From assembly GCF_009914755.1 (NCBI RefSeq), contig NC_060935.1: a stretch of DNA of 64,000 nucleotides; one strand, given 5' to 3'. Each line of letters starts with the position of its first letter. The first letter of the stretch is position 1. The stretch comes from the human T2T-CHM13v2.0 reference genome, Homo sapiens. A program made the translations under genes and the position numbers. The notes under the pieces were generated by a model that saw only the letters and a program-made list of their open reading frames with translations, was not told the origin of the DNA and did not search any database. This document shows, in pieces, positions 28,527-41,837 of the stretch.

Positions 28527-30903
28527 ACCTCTTCATTTAAAAATGAATTGTAAGGTATGAAAAAGAGATAGATTAAAACAAGTGTGTCCTAATAAGCTTT
28601 TGGCATATTAATTTGCATTTTATTGCTACTCTTTCTCCCTCCACCTTCTTAATTTCAAAGAGATAGCTAGACCTTTCATATTTTTTTTCCCTCAGGAAAT
28701 TTTCCAGATCACAAAGTAGAAACTGTTGGAAAACAAAGCTTTCTCCTGTCCAAAAACTTAAGTTCATAGAAATGATGATGCAAAGTGCCAGGCGTAAGAG
28801 GAAAGAAAGCTAAATGCCTGCCCTTTAAGGCAACACTTGAGAAGGGCAAAATTTCTGGAAAATGGAAGAAAGAAAGATAGTTTAGTAAGTTTCTAGACTG
28901 TCCTGGACTCATGCACTAGTTAATGGACCTTAAGAGTGGGCTGATAAAATCTTAGAGGTGACAGTTGTGCAAGGTACCCAGGAAGCTGGCACATTTGCCC
29001 AGAGATGCCAGTCTCAGCAAAGATGCCTGCACTCCACTAGAGACATGGAAGACTGGAAGCCAAGAGCAACAAGGCTGCAAAACACCAGGAAAACAGGAGA
29101 TCAGCAAATGACCACAGTGGACTGGATAGCAAAGGCCCTTCCTTTCATTATCAGGCAGCTTATAAGCCTCTCTGACTCTGTTCAGGGCCTCCAAAATACC
29201 CACCAAAACGTATTTCTTTAGAAAATTGTCTGTAGAAAACCCCTGTAGAAGTACAGGAGTTCAGTATCTAATTTAACCCAGACATTTTGAAAAAAAAAAT
29301 GTGTTTCTTGCATAGTTAAGTTTGTGGACCAAAAAGTATGTTGCCTGGAAAAAATGTCAAAGTTCAAAAGAGAAGAGTTCCCTCTGTCCCAGTGCCCAAC
29401 AAAAAATAAGAAAAAAAAAAAGAGAAAAAAAATAAATCTAAGTACAGATAGCTTAATGAAAAAATCGCAAACCTCCAACAAAATCTATACAGAAAGCCTC
29501 ACTGAACTGTTGTAAATTACAAAAAACATTCCTAACCATCTACTTAGCACCTTACTGGAGCTCGGCATGTTAAAGGGAAAGTCTTTCCAGAAGTGTTTGA
29601 AAAACATCAACATCACAAAAAGCACATAATGGATATATAGAATAGTACAACAAATGTATAAAATAAATATACCTGCATCTATTTTGGGAATTTGGGGGTT
29701 TGGGGGTTTCCATATCCAATTCCATATGGTCTAAGGACTGGAAGTACACATTGGGCAGGGCTGCCTAATACTCTTGAAACAGTCTCCATGGTATCCTTGA
29801 TTGCTGTACACGGTGACACAAATTCCTTGTATATCACTGTAACCTGCAAAAGGGATTCACTCAACTGATTATTACTACCCAGTAATGACAATTTATTTAA
29901 AAAAATATTTTAAACATTTTTGTGTGTTTCATAGGAAGGTTTCGCTTTTGTTTGTTTTTTTAAAAACCTGAGTCTTTTAAAAAGAGACCTGAGTAGTTTT
30001 TAGGTACTTGACAAGTTGCATAGTCCTGCTGTCAATTATGACGTATTATAATGAATGGTAACACAAATGAAACATCTGTTTGATCATTCAGTGACTACAT
30101 CTGTTATGTCACATTTGACACATTGAGCAGGAGAACATAAAAAATTCAAGGAAAATTTGTAAATGTGAGTGCTAGATCATTGATTTTGAAGGATGAGATG
30201 TGTTAAGATTACTAGACCCATTCAGAATTTATTATAAAAGCACTAACCCTGTAAATTGGCCTTCTTTCACCACTGAGGCCCACTCTAATGGATACTATGT
30301 TTGTAAATGCAATTATATGCTTTTAAAACAAAGTTTAAATATAAGTTCTTAAAATTTATATTTTATTAATTTAAATATTTATGAATCTTTAAGTTGTATC
30401 AAACACCTTTTTAGGTGCTAGGATGTAGCTGTGAACAAAACACCTCTTGTGGAGTTTACATTCTAAAACAAGAGTGTGCAAACACAAAAGCAAAACAAAA
30501 AAAAATTACTCAGGTTGCAACAAGTAATCTGAAAAGCAGAGCAAGGTAAGTGGATAACAGCTAGTGTGCCAATTTATGCAGGGTGTTTAGAGTATATGAT
30601 TCTGTTCATTATCTACTGCAAAACTTTTAAATAATTGATAATACAAAATGAAATCAAATCCCCTCTAATTCAGAACAAGTGAATAGAGTCAGAGCTAAAA
30701 GTCTGATTTGAAAGGAGAAATGCTTCGTGTAGGCTGTCTGGAGAATATAAAATTAGAACTAAAATTTTATATTCCAGTTTTTTCTTAATATCTCAGGCAA
30801 TGTCTGATAATTTCAGCAAGCTCTCCAATCTACAGAGTATATAGTAAATATTTACTCTTGCATCACATTTAACAATTAGGAATTTAGACAGTTAGCTTAT
30901 TTA

Positions 30904-31303
<400 letters not shown>

Positions 31304-31349
31304 TTAGGATCAATCTCCTACACAACATTTACAGGGCTCCAGCACAAAC

Positions 31350-31790
31350 ATCATTTTATATTGTGCCTCCAACCCCTGCCACAGTTGATTTACTTAGAGA
31401 TGGGCACCTCACCCAAGCTGGTCAAAGACACTTACTCATGGGCTTTGGAGGGTTGGGAATGAAAGATACATGATCATTTACTCTTTAAAATAAAAGTTGT
31501 AAATACCAAGCTGGCAGCAGCCATATCCTGTTAGGTGAGGACCTCTGAGAAGCAGAGAAAGTCAGACTTTCTGAATGAGTAATAAAAGAAAAAGGGAAAA
31601 AAATTATGAAAGGAAGAGAATCATAAGATGTGGAGAGATCCAATGGCATTTGTATTCCAGGCTCTAGTTGTTCCTGAGAGCAGGTTTTCTATCTTTGGAT
31701 ACCATAAGATATATAAGTAAACATAACAAATTTTATGTTTAAGCTAGTTTGTTTTACGTTTTGGTAACTGTAAACCGTGTTTTAATTAAT
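31350..31790 (+). mobile_element. Old MLT1 LTR
   Basis: gatgggcacctcacccaagctggtcaa and aagctagtttg...ttggtaactgtaaac motifs; boundaries approximate. Confidence 0.5.
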
Positions 31791-31810
31791 ATAAATACAC
31801 TGCGTATCAA

Positions 31811-32230
31811 TATACTAGTCTTAGTTCTTCAGAAAAACAGAACAAATTGGGTGTGTATATGTATATAGACAGATTTATTATAAGGAATTGGCTCAGAGGA
31901 TTCTAGGAGCTGGTAAGTCCAAAATCTGTGGAGTAGGCTGGCAGGCTAGAGACCTAGGGAAAAGTTGATGTTGCAGCTCAAGCCCAAAGGCAGTCTGGAA
32001 GTAGAATTCTCCCTTCCTCTGGAAACCTCAGTCTTTTTTATCTTAAGGCCCTCATAGACTGGAGGAGACCCACCCAATCATTATGGAGAATAATCTGCTT
32101 CAGTCAAAGTCTATGGATCCTAATGTTAATCTCTTCTAAAAGATACCTTCAGAGAAATGTAATGACATATTTGACCAAATTTGTGGGTACCATGGATTAG
32201 CCAAGTTGGCGTGTAAAATTATCTTAACCA
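31811..32230 (-). mobile_element. MLT2 (ERVL) solo LTR
   Basis: gatttattataaggaattggctca...aagtccaaaatctg...ggctggcaggctagagaccta; ends agccaagttggcgtgtaaaattatc. Confidence 0.8.
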
Positions 32231-32269
32231 AATCTAGTAATTATTTAACTTTGCTGTTATTGATTGAAA

Positions 32270-32865
32270 CAAGAAAATTATGAGCCACACATGTGGGCAG
32301 CTGACCTTTTAGAAAGGTGCAAAGGCAACTGAGCAGAGGAAAGATAATCTTTTCAACAAATTTTACTGGAACAAATTGGTTACCAGTATGCAGAAATATG
32401 AACATTGATCCATCCTTCATTTTATATAGAAAATTTCACCCATAATATATTATATAGCTATATATAAAACCTGAATCTATAAATTTCTGGATGAAAAAAT
32501 ACAAGAAAATCTAGGTGACCTTGTGTTACTCAAAGAATTCTTGGATCTCAAAATAATCTTCATAAGTGAAAAAAATTATTTAATTCATTCTGTTTGCTTA
32601 TATGTATGTAAACCTTAGAAAGTACAAGCTAATTTATAGTGACAGAAAGCAAAATGTTGGTTGCCTAATGATTTTGTGAAGTGGGGCCAAGGAAGATTAC
32701 AAATTGGCCTGAGGAAAGTTTTAGGGTTGATGAATATGTTCATCCTCTATATTGTGGTGATGGTTTCACAGGTGTATCTATATGTCAAAACTCAGAAAAT
32801 TATGCAACTTAAATATGTGCAGTTTTATTATATGCCATTTACACCTCAATAAACCTGTTATAAAA
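32270..32865 (+). mobile_element. Old L1M fragments (ORF2 and 3' end)
   Basis: aaaggtgcaaaggcaactgag...gataatcttttcaacaaa; gtggtgatggtttcacaggtgtatctatatgtcaaaactca...cctcaataaa. Confidence 0.7.
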
Positions 32866-33805
32866 CTGACAAATTATTTTTATAGCCTAAATAGTAGGTG
32901 ATGACTGCCTGAATTAGGGTAGTAACAGGGGATCATGGAAAGAAAGAAATGGATTAAGGATTTATGTATTTTTGGTAGAGCCAGCATGACTTGTTTGAAA
33001 TAAAGAAAATAATGGGATAAAGATGGTTCTTACGCTAGAGGAGCTGTGTAAATAATTGTTCCAATGTAACATATTTATTCTTTAGAATCCAAATTCTATG
33101 CAGCCGCCTCAGTAGTAGTTACAGTGGTAAGAGAATCTCAGTGAATAGAAACTCTTAGTTAATAGTTGTTTTTTTCTTCTCTACATTTCAATGGGTAGAC
33201 CTTAGTTCCTTGGTAAAGTTTTCTATATTAATATACTATATAAGATTTTATTTAGATAATTAATTTCACTGCCAAACAGGAGGGTTGAAAATCACTTTAC
33301 TAGCATCTGGGAAAATACATTGATTATTCTTGTATTCTTCCTTGGCAAAAAATGAAAATAATTATATGAAAATATTGATATTTTAGTCAGGATAGATTGA
33401 TGTTCATTATATGTCCAGCTCAATTCTAAACCATTTAAGTGTCTTAGATTGTATTCTCATAATCCTATAATATGGGTAGTATTAACCTCAGCTGATAAAG
33501 GATCAAGATCAGAAAGGTCAAGCACACAAATGGTTGGGATGATACTTAAATTAGGTCTGATAACAACATTTATATGTGCTCATCTACAGCACAGAAAATT
33601 CTCCTAGACTGAATAATAGAAAAGTTTAAACTATATTTTCTGATACATATCTTTGCTGCAAAGCAGTAATGAAATTAAAATAAGAACTTAGCGAAGTGTC
33701 TTACAGAGGGACCTTGTTAATTTCAAACTTCCTTGAAGTTATCACTAATTAGTATAAAGTGCCTGTGTACAGAGTTATTACAATTCATATTTGTCAAGAA
33801 TAAGC

Positions 33806-34121
33806 AATCACTTAATAATGGGTTATTTTAATAATCTTAGATCCATTTATTATATATTAGATTTTCTTTTAAAGTTACTATATGTGTATATGCATATATG
33901 TGTGTACGATGTGCATGCATTTGTTTGTATAACAACCACTATCACCAAAACTGTGTCCCCACTATGCCGGGTATCCAGCAGTGTGAGAATGGACTAATGC
34001 ATATGCATTTGTTTGCGTTCACATCATACACACATATATACATATACACATATAGTAACTTTAAAAAATGTAATATAAATGTATCAAAGATTATTAAAAT
34101 AACCCCAGTTATTAAGTGATT
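33806..34121. repeat. Long inverted repeat (~110-bp arms) with a templated insert at the centre
   Basis: 33806-33919 pairs with 34014-34121 (few mismatches, small indels); 13-bp direct repeat atgcatttgtttg at 33915-33927 and 34003-34015. Confidence 0.93.
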
Positions 34122-35064
34122 AGTTGAGATTGGAACACATAGGTTTCAGAGGTATTTAGAAATTGCTTCAAAAACTAGGTACAGGTACTCCACGATACAA
34201 TACTTAAATGTTAGAAGACTTACTTGAAGAGCATACGTATTTTCAATTTATGTAGAAGCAAGAGAAAACTCAGTAATAAAATATCATACATATAGACAGA
34301 CTATCATGAGAGCAATAGAGCAAATTGATTGTGTTTACATGGTTTTTTTCTATATTCAGGATGACAAGTAATACCTACAAGTCTATAGGAATTATCCAAG
34401 TTTTTCAATATCTAGTTCAAATTGTAGGTGAAAAATCTGAATTTACATAAACATTTTTTAATAATTTTCTACTAACGGGGTTTGCCCTTCTGAACTATAT
34501 ACTTAAAAGTGTTTAAACTTTTACTAAGTACTGAGAATATTTCAAAGAAATAGGAAACAAAGTTGTTTTTCACAACATTGTTAATAATGACATAAAATTA
34601 GCAGCAGTGCAAGTGACTAATAAGGGGGGATTGATTAGGAATATTTGGTATATCCCATATGCTACAATAATCGACATCCATTAAGCACTGTGTAGACAAT
34701 CATATTGAGAAATGACTGTATCCAACATAAGATTTAAGAAATGTAAAACAGCATGGATAATGTTATCGAAATTTCATTAAAACAAGCTAGATAAAAGTAG
34801 TATACAGAAATACATTTAAAACGTAACAATGGTTATCAATTTCTGAAGTGATGATAGATTATGCTCATTTTCTTCACATTTTCTCTTTGCGGTGTTATAA
34901 TAAACACGTATTTATCTTCAAAATTTTTAAAGGAATAGATTAAGTATCTGATGTAATAATGACAGTAATAAACTTTTAACATATAAGCTAAAATACTTCA
35001 GTGTGTGTATTTAGCATCATTATATTCTAATTTTAGGAGCTCAAGTACATTTGAACACTGCTGT

Positions 35065-35245
35065 GATCTGGAAATTTACAACTTGCAATGTAGTCCCAGA
35101 GCAGCAACAGCAGCAGCATCACCAGGGCAGTACTTTTTAGAAATAAAGAATCTCAGACGCCATCCAGAGCAACTGATTTAGTAACTGCATTTTTAAAAAG
35201 CTCCTCAGATGCATGTACATTATAATTTGAGAAGCTCTGCTCTAG
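35065..35245. mobile_element. MER5 (hAT-Charlie)
   Basis: cagcagcatcaccagggcag...ttagaaataaagaatctcagacgccatccag...ttgagaagctctgctctag. Confidence 0.7.
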
Positions 35246-35529
35246 AGGACAAAAACTCTCTTAAGTAGAAATGTTGTTTCCTGATTTTTGATTAAATGAA
35301 CACTGAATATACAATAGAACATTTAACAAAATATTTTATAAAACAAAACACCAGCTAAGTTGTATTATGTAAGAAACTCATTAGTTCACATGAGTAGTAC
35401 TTTGAGTCATCTTCTAGCAGTGCAAAAGACAGTAAGTAAGATGGTCTTACAGACAATAGTCTGATAGCTGCAATGTTAACTCTATAGACAAATTTAAATA
35501 TTTTAAGACTTGCATTAAGAAAAGAAATA

Positions 35530-36227
<698 letters not shown>

Positions 36228-37821
36228 TTTAGGCCAACACAATCAAAGTATTGTCCTTTTAATAGCAATCAAAAATTATTAATGGGGAATTTTACATTTA
36301 TTGTACTTATTGTTCAAACTCTGTTGTGTATATCTTAAGGTCAGACTAGCCACGTTTCAAATGCTCAATACATGGCTAGTGTCTACAGTATTGGAACGGC
36401 ACGGGTAGAGACCATGGCTTAATTTGTAAGTTATAAAGTCTATTAAGACTGAGCCTTATGTCTTTCAGTTTGTACTCTATCACTGTGTTCATTATATTCT
36501 TTGGATGTGGGAAGACATGCTTTGTACAAATGGCTCCAGGAGTTTTCAAAATCTTTATGAAGACATGATGACATTCCAGCTACACTTAATAATTGCATTA
36601 TTGTTTACATATGATTGTGCTGCCCGAGTTCCCACTCAGTGGTCCAGTAACAACCACACTCACTAAAACTGCATCCCCACTGTGCTGGGTATCCAGCTTG
36701 AATTTATACAAGTTGTAGGTTGTGGTGATTTTCTTTCCCCACCAGTAGAGTAGAGAGATCTCCAGGATCCAGAAAAGGCCGTGCTTTAGGGGCAAGGGTG
36801 CAAGGAAAACCTGGACCAGAGTTTTCAGTTCTCAGTAACAACATTTTCAGTAATTCTTGTTCTAGAAATACAGGATATCAATGGCATTTTTCGCTATAGC
36901 CATCGTTTTGCTATAACATTTTATTACATTAGAATTATAATTTTCTCTAATATTAGATTAATTTGAAGAATAAGTATGGCTGCTTAAGGAACAAATACTT
37001 TGTTGGATCACTGGAACTATTATGCTGATTACAAGTTGAGGAATTTATATTTAGTCAATGCCCAAATGTATTATAACTTAAAATAACTCAGAGATGCCAC
37101 ATTTTTTCCATTTATATAATTTGAAGAAATATTTATTACTACTGAAATTTATGACCACATGGATCTTCCAGGGTACCTTATTAATTTTTAATTTATTCTT
37201 TAATAGAAAAAATGTGCACATGCTAATTTAGCTAATATGGTATAATGTGGAATGCCAAATGTTGTGTCTAACACAGAATCTTTTTCCTGGTAGCACTAAA
37301 GCCGCTTTATCAGGACAGACTCATATTCTGTCCTCAATTCCAAGATACACAATAATTGAATAAGAATATGTAATTATGTTTAGAAAATAAACCTTGAAGT
37401 GATACTTCATTGAATATATAGTTCGCTATAAGAAGGATTTCATTTTCAGAAGTGTAAAAATGTGAATAATAGGAAGAAAACTTTTATTTTCAAATCAAGA
37501 AACTATGTATTAATTGGGAAGTTAACACAGCAGCAGATGCTAATTTGCATAACTTGCCTTACTGTATTCTAGCAAAAGAAATATGTGAAATTCAAAACTG
37601 AACAATTTTGATGTGACCTGGAGTTAAGAAAGTTAGAGAGCATCTACATATTTAAGGAAAATGTCTGGGCATTTTTGAAGAGTAGTAATCGTGGAGGAGG
37701 AGAAACGTAACCAGAGAGCAAGGCAAGACATGTGAAAAAAATACACATTAATGATACTATAGGAATAATTGAATCTTCAAACACAAATTTTGATTTTATT
37801 ACGGGAGCATTGAAACTACAA

Positions 37822-38128
37822 TTTTTTTTTTTTTTTTTTTTTTTTGAGACAGAGTCTTGCTCTGTTGCTCAGGCTGGAGTGCAATGGCGTGATCTTGGCT
37901 CACTGCAACCTCCACCTCCTGGGTTCAAGCAATTCTCCCTGTCTCAGCCTCCCAAGTGGCTGGGTTTACAGGTGCCCAGCACCTTGCCCGGCTAATTTTT
38001 GTATTTTTAGTAGAGCCGGGGTTGCACAATGTTGGCCAGGCTGATCTCCAATTTGTGACCTCAAGTGATCAGTCTGCCTTGGTCTCCCAGAGTGCTGAGA
38101 TTACAGGTGTGAGCCACCGCGCCTGGCC
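37822..38128 (-). mobile_element. AluS
   Basis: Poly-T followed by antisense Alu dimer. Confidence 0.93.
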
Positions 38129-38292
38129 TAGAGTACGATGTATCTTGTAACAAAACACAATATAAAACAAAATGCTAGTGGATTTTTCTTTTTGTTCTTT
38201 AAAAATGATTGTTTTCTAATCATTCTCCTATATGGTGGTTGGGAGTAAAAACCTCACCTTAGAAGAAGAGCACAATTATCAAATTGTTAACT

Positions 38293-38607
38293 GTTTTTTT
38301 TGTTTTTGTTTTTGTTTTTTTGAGACAGAGTGTCCTGCTTTGTTGCCCAGCCTGGAGGGCAGTGGCGTGATCTTGGCTCACTGCAATCTCCACCTCCCAG
38401 GTTCAAGCAGTTCTCCTGCTGCCTCAGCCTCCCCATTAGCTAGAATTATAGGTATGTGTCACCACGCCCGGCTGATTTTTGTATTTTTAGTGGTGACAGG
38501 GCTTCACCATGTTGGCCAGGCTAGCCTCGAACTCCTGACCTCAGGTGATCCGCCTGCCTGTGCCTCCCGAAGTGCTTGGATTATAGGCATGAGCCACTGC
38601 GGCCAGT
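38293..38607 (-). mobile_element. AluS
   Basis: Antisense dimer; TSD caaatt(g/c)ttaact at 38280-38292 and 38608-38620. Confidence 0.93.
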
Positions 38608-39944
38608 CAAATTCTTAACTTTTAACTTAAAAAGTTATTTTCCCAGTCTACAACAGAAAGTGAATTGGAGATGCAATGGGGAAGAACCAATGGGTTTGGT
38701 CTCTTCTTGACTTTTTAGCTGGAGAGTAGGCTGGAGACTGTTAGAAATGAGCAAAGAGACTTTCTCCGAGGTTGGTTTGGATCCTGAGCTGTACATTGCT
38801 TCCTTTGCTTTCCTATTGCTTCTGCAAAGGGAAGCATACTAGGTCCTTTTTATGTCTGGGAAACCAAGAGTAGATTAAAAGGCATCATGCTTCACAAAAT
38901 TCATGCTACCACAATAGCACAGAGAGAAGGATGTTGACAAGCTCCGAAACAGTCTTACAGAGTCTCCATGCTCTTTGGTGGAGTTCGGAGACAGCCGCAA
39001 TGGCATGGATGTGTCATCAGAAGAATTACAAGCCTTGGACTGCTGCATAAAACTAAAGATACAGTGTGAAGACAAAAGCAGCAGAAACCAGGGCATGACT
39101 GGGAAGTGGACTTTTTTTTCCTATCTTAGCCTCAGCTCCAGTCAGAAGGGAGAGCTGAAAAAACAAATTCTGAATGTGATTAACATTAAGGTTCTCCAGG
39201 GTATTAAGATTAAAATCCGTTACAGGAATCTTTATTTTTTATAATTAGTTCAGTTTTATTTTTTGAAAAATACATGGTTTTTAATTGATATGTTTATATC
39301 TCTTTGAATGAGTGCCAAGTAATTCTAATAATAGAATTATAATGCTTTAATAATAATTAGAATAATTATTAGTATCATAATTAAATTTTGTGATGCTATT
39401 AGGATGTGACACATTTAGAGTAGTAGAAAAAGCCAAATTCTCTAGAAATTATGTTGTATTATTTTATGGATTTAACATATTTTATCCTTGAATCATAGTT
39501 GTTTTTTTAAACCAAAGGTCAGTGGTATGATAATATTTTTAATTGTATGAACTTTATTTTAAATATTTTACCATGTGTACCTCTCTTTTCTCTGCAATTG
39601 CTTACAAGCATTTTGTTTTGTTTTCATTCTAAAGCAATTAATAAATTTCAGTAAATAGCTTTTCAGCTGTTAACTAAAACTCACCTTCCTGAGTTATGTA
39701 TAATAAAAGTAAATGGCATTTATAAGACGTGATTATGTGGAAATTGACTTTTAATACAAATTGCTTCTTTATTTTTACACCTCAATGGCTAATGTTGATA
39801 GTAAAGTTGTATATACAAGTTAAATAAAATTTTGGCTCTGTTTATTGTACCCCTGGTAAAGAAGCATGGTGTTTGACCCATAGTGAGTACTCAATAAATG
39901 TAAATTGAAATCGATAAATTTCAAAGCTATTAAAATACGTGTAA

Positions 39945-40305
39945 TACCATGCACTCATAAAAAGGAATGAGATCATGTCTTTTGCTATGTCATGGATGAA
40001 GCTGGAAGCCATCATCCTCGGCAAACTAACACAGGAACAGAAAACCAAACACCACATGTTCTCACTCATAAGTGGGAGCTGAACAATGAGAACACATGGG
40101 CACAGGGAGGGAACAACACACACCAGGGCTTGTTAGCGGGTGGCGAGTGAGGGGAAGGAACTTAGAGGATGGGTCAATAGGTGTAGCAAACCACCATGGC
40201 ACAGGTATATCTGTGTAACAAACCACCATGGCACCCGTATACCTATGTAACAAACCTGCACATTCTGCACATGTATCCTGAAACTTAAAGCAAAAGAAAA
40301 AAAAA
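39945..40305 (+). mobile_element. L1PA (about PA8) 3' end with internal 32-bp tandem duplication
   Basis: L1 3' UTR plus A-tail; duplication 40187-40218 / 40219-40250. Confidence 0.88.
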
Positions 40306-40662
40306 TCCTGGCTTTGGAAGTTGTAATTATAATTTCTCTGATATTGCTTAATGTAAAAATTATGAATATCCAGTATGATAGCAACAACAGATCCTACTGT
40401 ATAACCAACATCTTTCTCACTGAAACTGAATACTGCCACACGCAGGATTCACATAGTATACTTGTCATTTCTAGTTGAATGTTATTGCCACTTCAGATAA
40501 AGTTGCCAAGCTTGGCATAAAGAAAAGGGGGAGGTAAAGGGACTGCTAGTAGGACACAACTAGGCAGTGTCCACACCCCAGAGTACCAAGGTAGCTGTGC
40601 AAGAAGAATACATTCTATTCTATGATGCCTCACGCTGAACAGAGGGCTAATTGATCACTTAC

Positions 40663-40848
40663 CTCTTGCTGTGTGGTCTGATTCAGACAGCAGCAAAGAG
40701 GGACTCAGTGGATGTCAGTCCTGGAGTGGTGATTCTCGTATCCTTCTTGTCTATCATAAGGGAAGAAGTGCTGACCAGCGCCCATGGGAACGGTAATCTT
40801 TGTGAACAGCTGTGAAAGGACCACAGCTTAAGAAACTCAAGGGTGGTA
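40663..40848 (-). other. Candidate non-coding exon (186 nt)
   Basis: Minus-strand acceptor cttcttccacatttcctggttttag| and consensus donor GAG|GTAAGT; all three frames contain stops; no transcript evidence available. Confidence 0.3.
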
Positions 40849-40987
40849 CTAAAACCAGGAAATGTGGAAGAAGCTTTGTTTCCTGCCATGCTTCAGGTGG
40901 GATTTGAACCAGAAAAAAACATTATACTACTAGTTATCGCTACCACATTTATTATACTCTCAGACGGTTTTCATATAACCATTATCT

Positions 40988-41179
40988 GTCTGGGAGCAGT
41001 GGCTCATGCCTGTAATCCTAGCACTTTGGGAGGCCGAGGTGCGCAGATCGCTTGAGTTGAGAAATTCAAAACTAGCCTGGGCCACATAGTGAAACTTGAA
41101 CTCTACAAAAACTACAAAAATAAAATTAGCCGGGTGTGGGGGCATGTGCCTGTGGTCCTAGCTACTCGGGAAGTTGAGG
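40988..41179 (+). mobile_element. AluJ, 3'-truncated
   Basis: Left monomer, linker and ~50 bp of right monomer; no A-tail. Confidence 0.85.
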
Positions 41180-41781
41180 AATAACTATTTATTATCTTAT
41201 GAGTTGGCATTGTTAAGGACGAAAACACAGACTGAAGTAAGTTTTCTCACCTCATTTTGTGTTTCATGGCTCAATATCAACTTTAAAATGCTCCAACTGG
41301 GGGGAAAAGCTGATTTTCTATCACCACAAGACTACAATTTTGAAATATGTATTTTCTATTTCTTGTGAAAATTGATGCACGCGTGGATATTTGTGCTTTC
41401 TTTTAAACATGATTTATACTCTTACTTTGTCTAGTTTTGCAGAGCATCTTCAGTTCTGCCAACCTCTACATTTATAATTTTATTATAATAGTGTGCCATG
41501 GCTTGAAAATGTCTTATTGGTCAGTGAAGGTAGACATATGGAGGTTTTTACTTATGCTATAATCAACGAAAATAAGACTTGAATGAATCTTAAGATGAGA
41601 AAAGCTATAAAAGATTGAGTCCTGAAATGGAGATCAGAAAATTAATTTTAAACCTTCATTGCCATCTAAATTATTGTAGTCTACTTATGCAACTTCGAGT
41701 AACCTGGCTATTTCTCATTTCAAACTAAATAGGAAAGCCTAGATGAGCAGTTCTTGACTACCTTTTCCAGCTATTAAATAT

Positions 41782-41782
<1 letters not shown>

Positions 41783-41820
<38 letters not shown>

Positions 41821-41837
41821 ACATATATACACATATA
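41783..41837. repeat. (TG)n / (TA)(CA) microsatellite
   Basis: Direct reading. Confidence 0.9.

Noticed and set aside
28952-29221. Overlapping 84-87 aa ORFs in GC-elevated unique sequence (also 38875-39244)
   Set aside because: No recognisable domain, the + strand ORFs start at GTG, and there is no convincing splice-site pair.
33977-34001. Insert junction as a circRNA back-splice
   Set aside because: The LTR offers tttatag| as an acceptor, but there is no GT donor after 36696-36697 (ccag/cttg).
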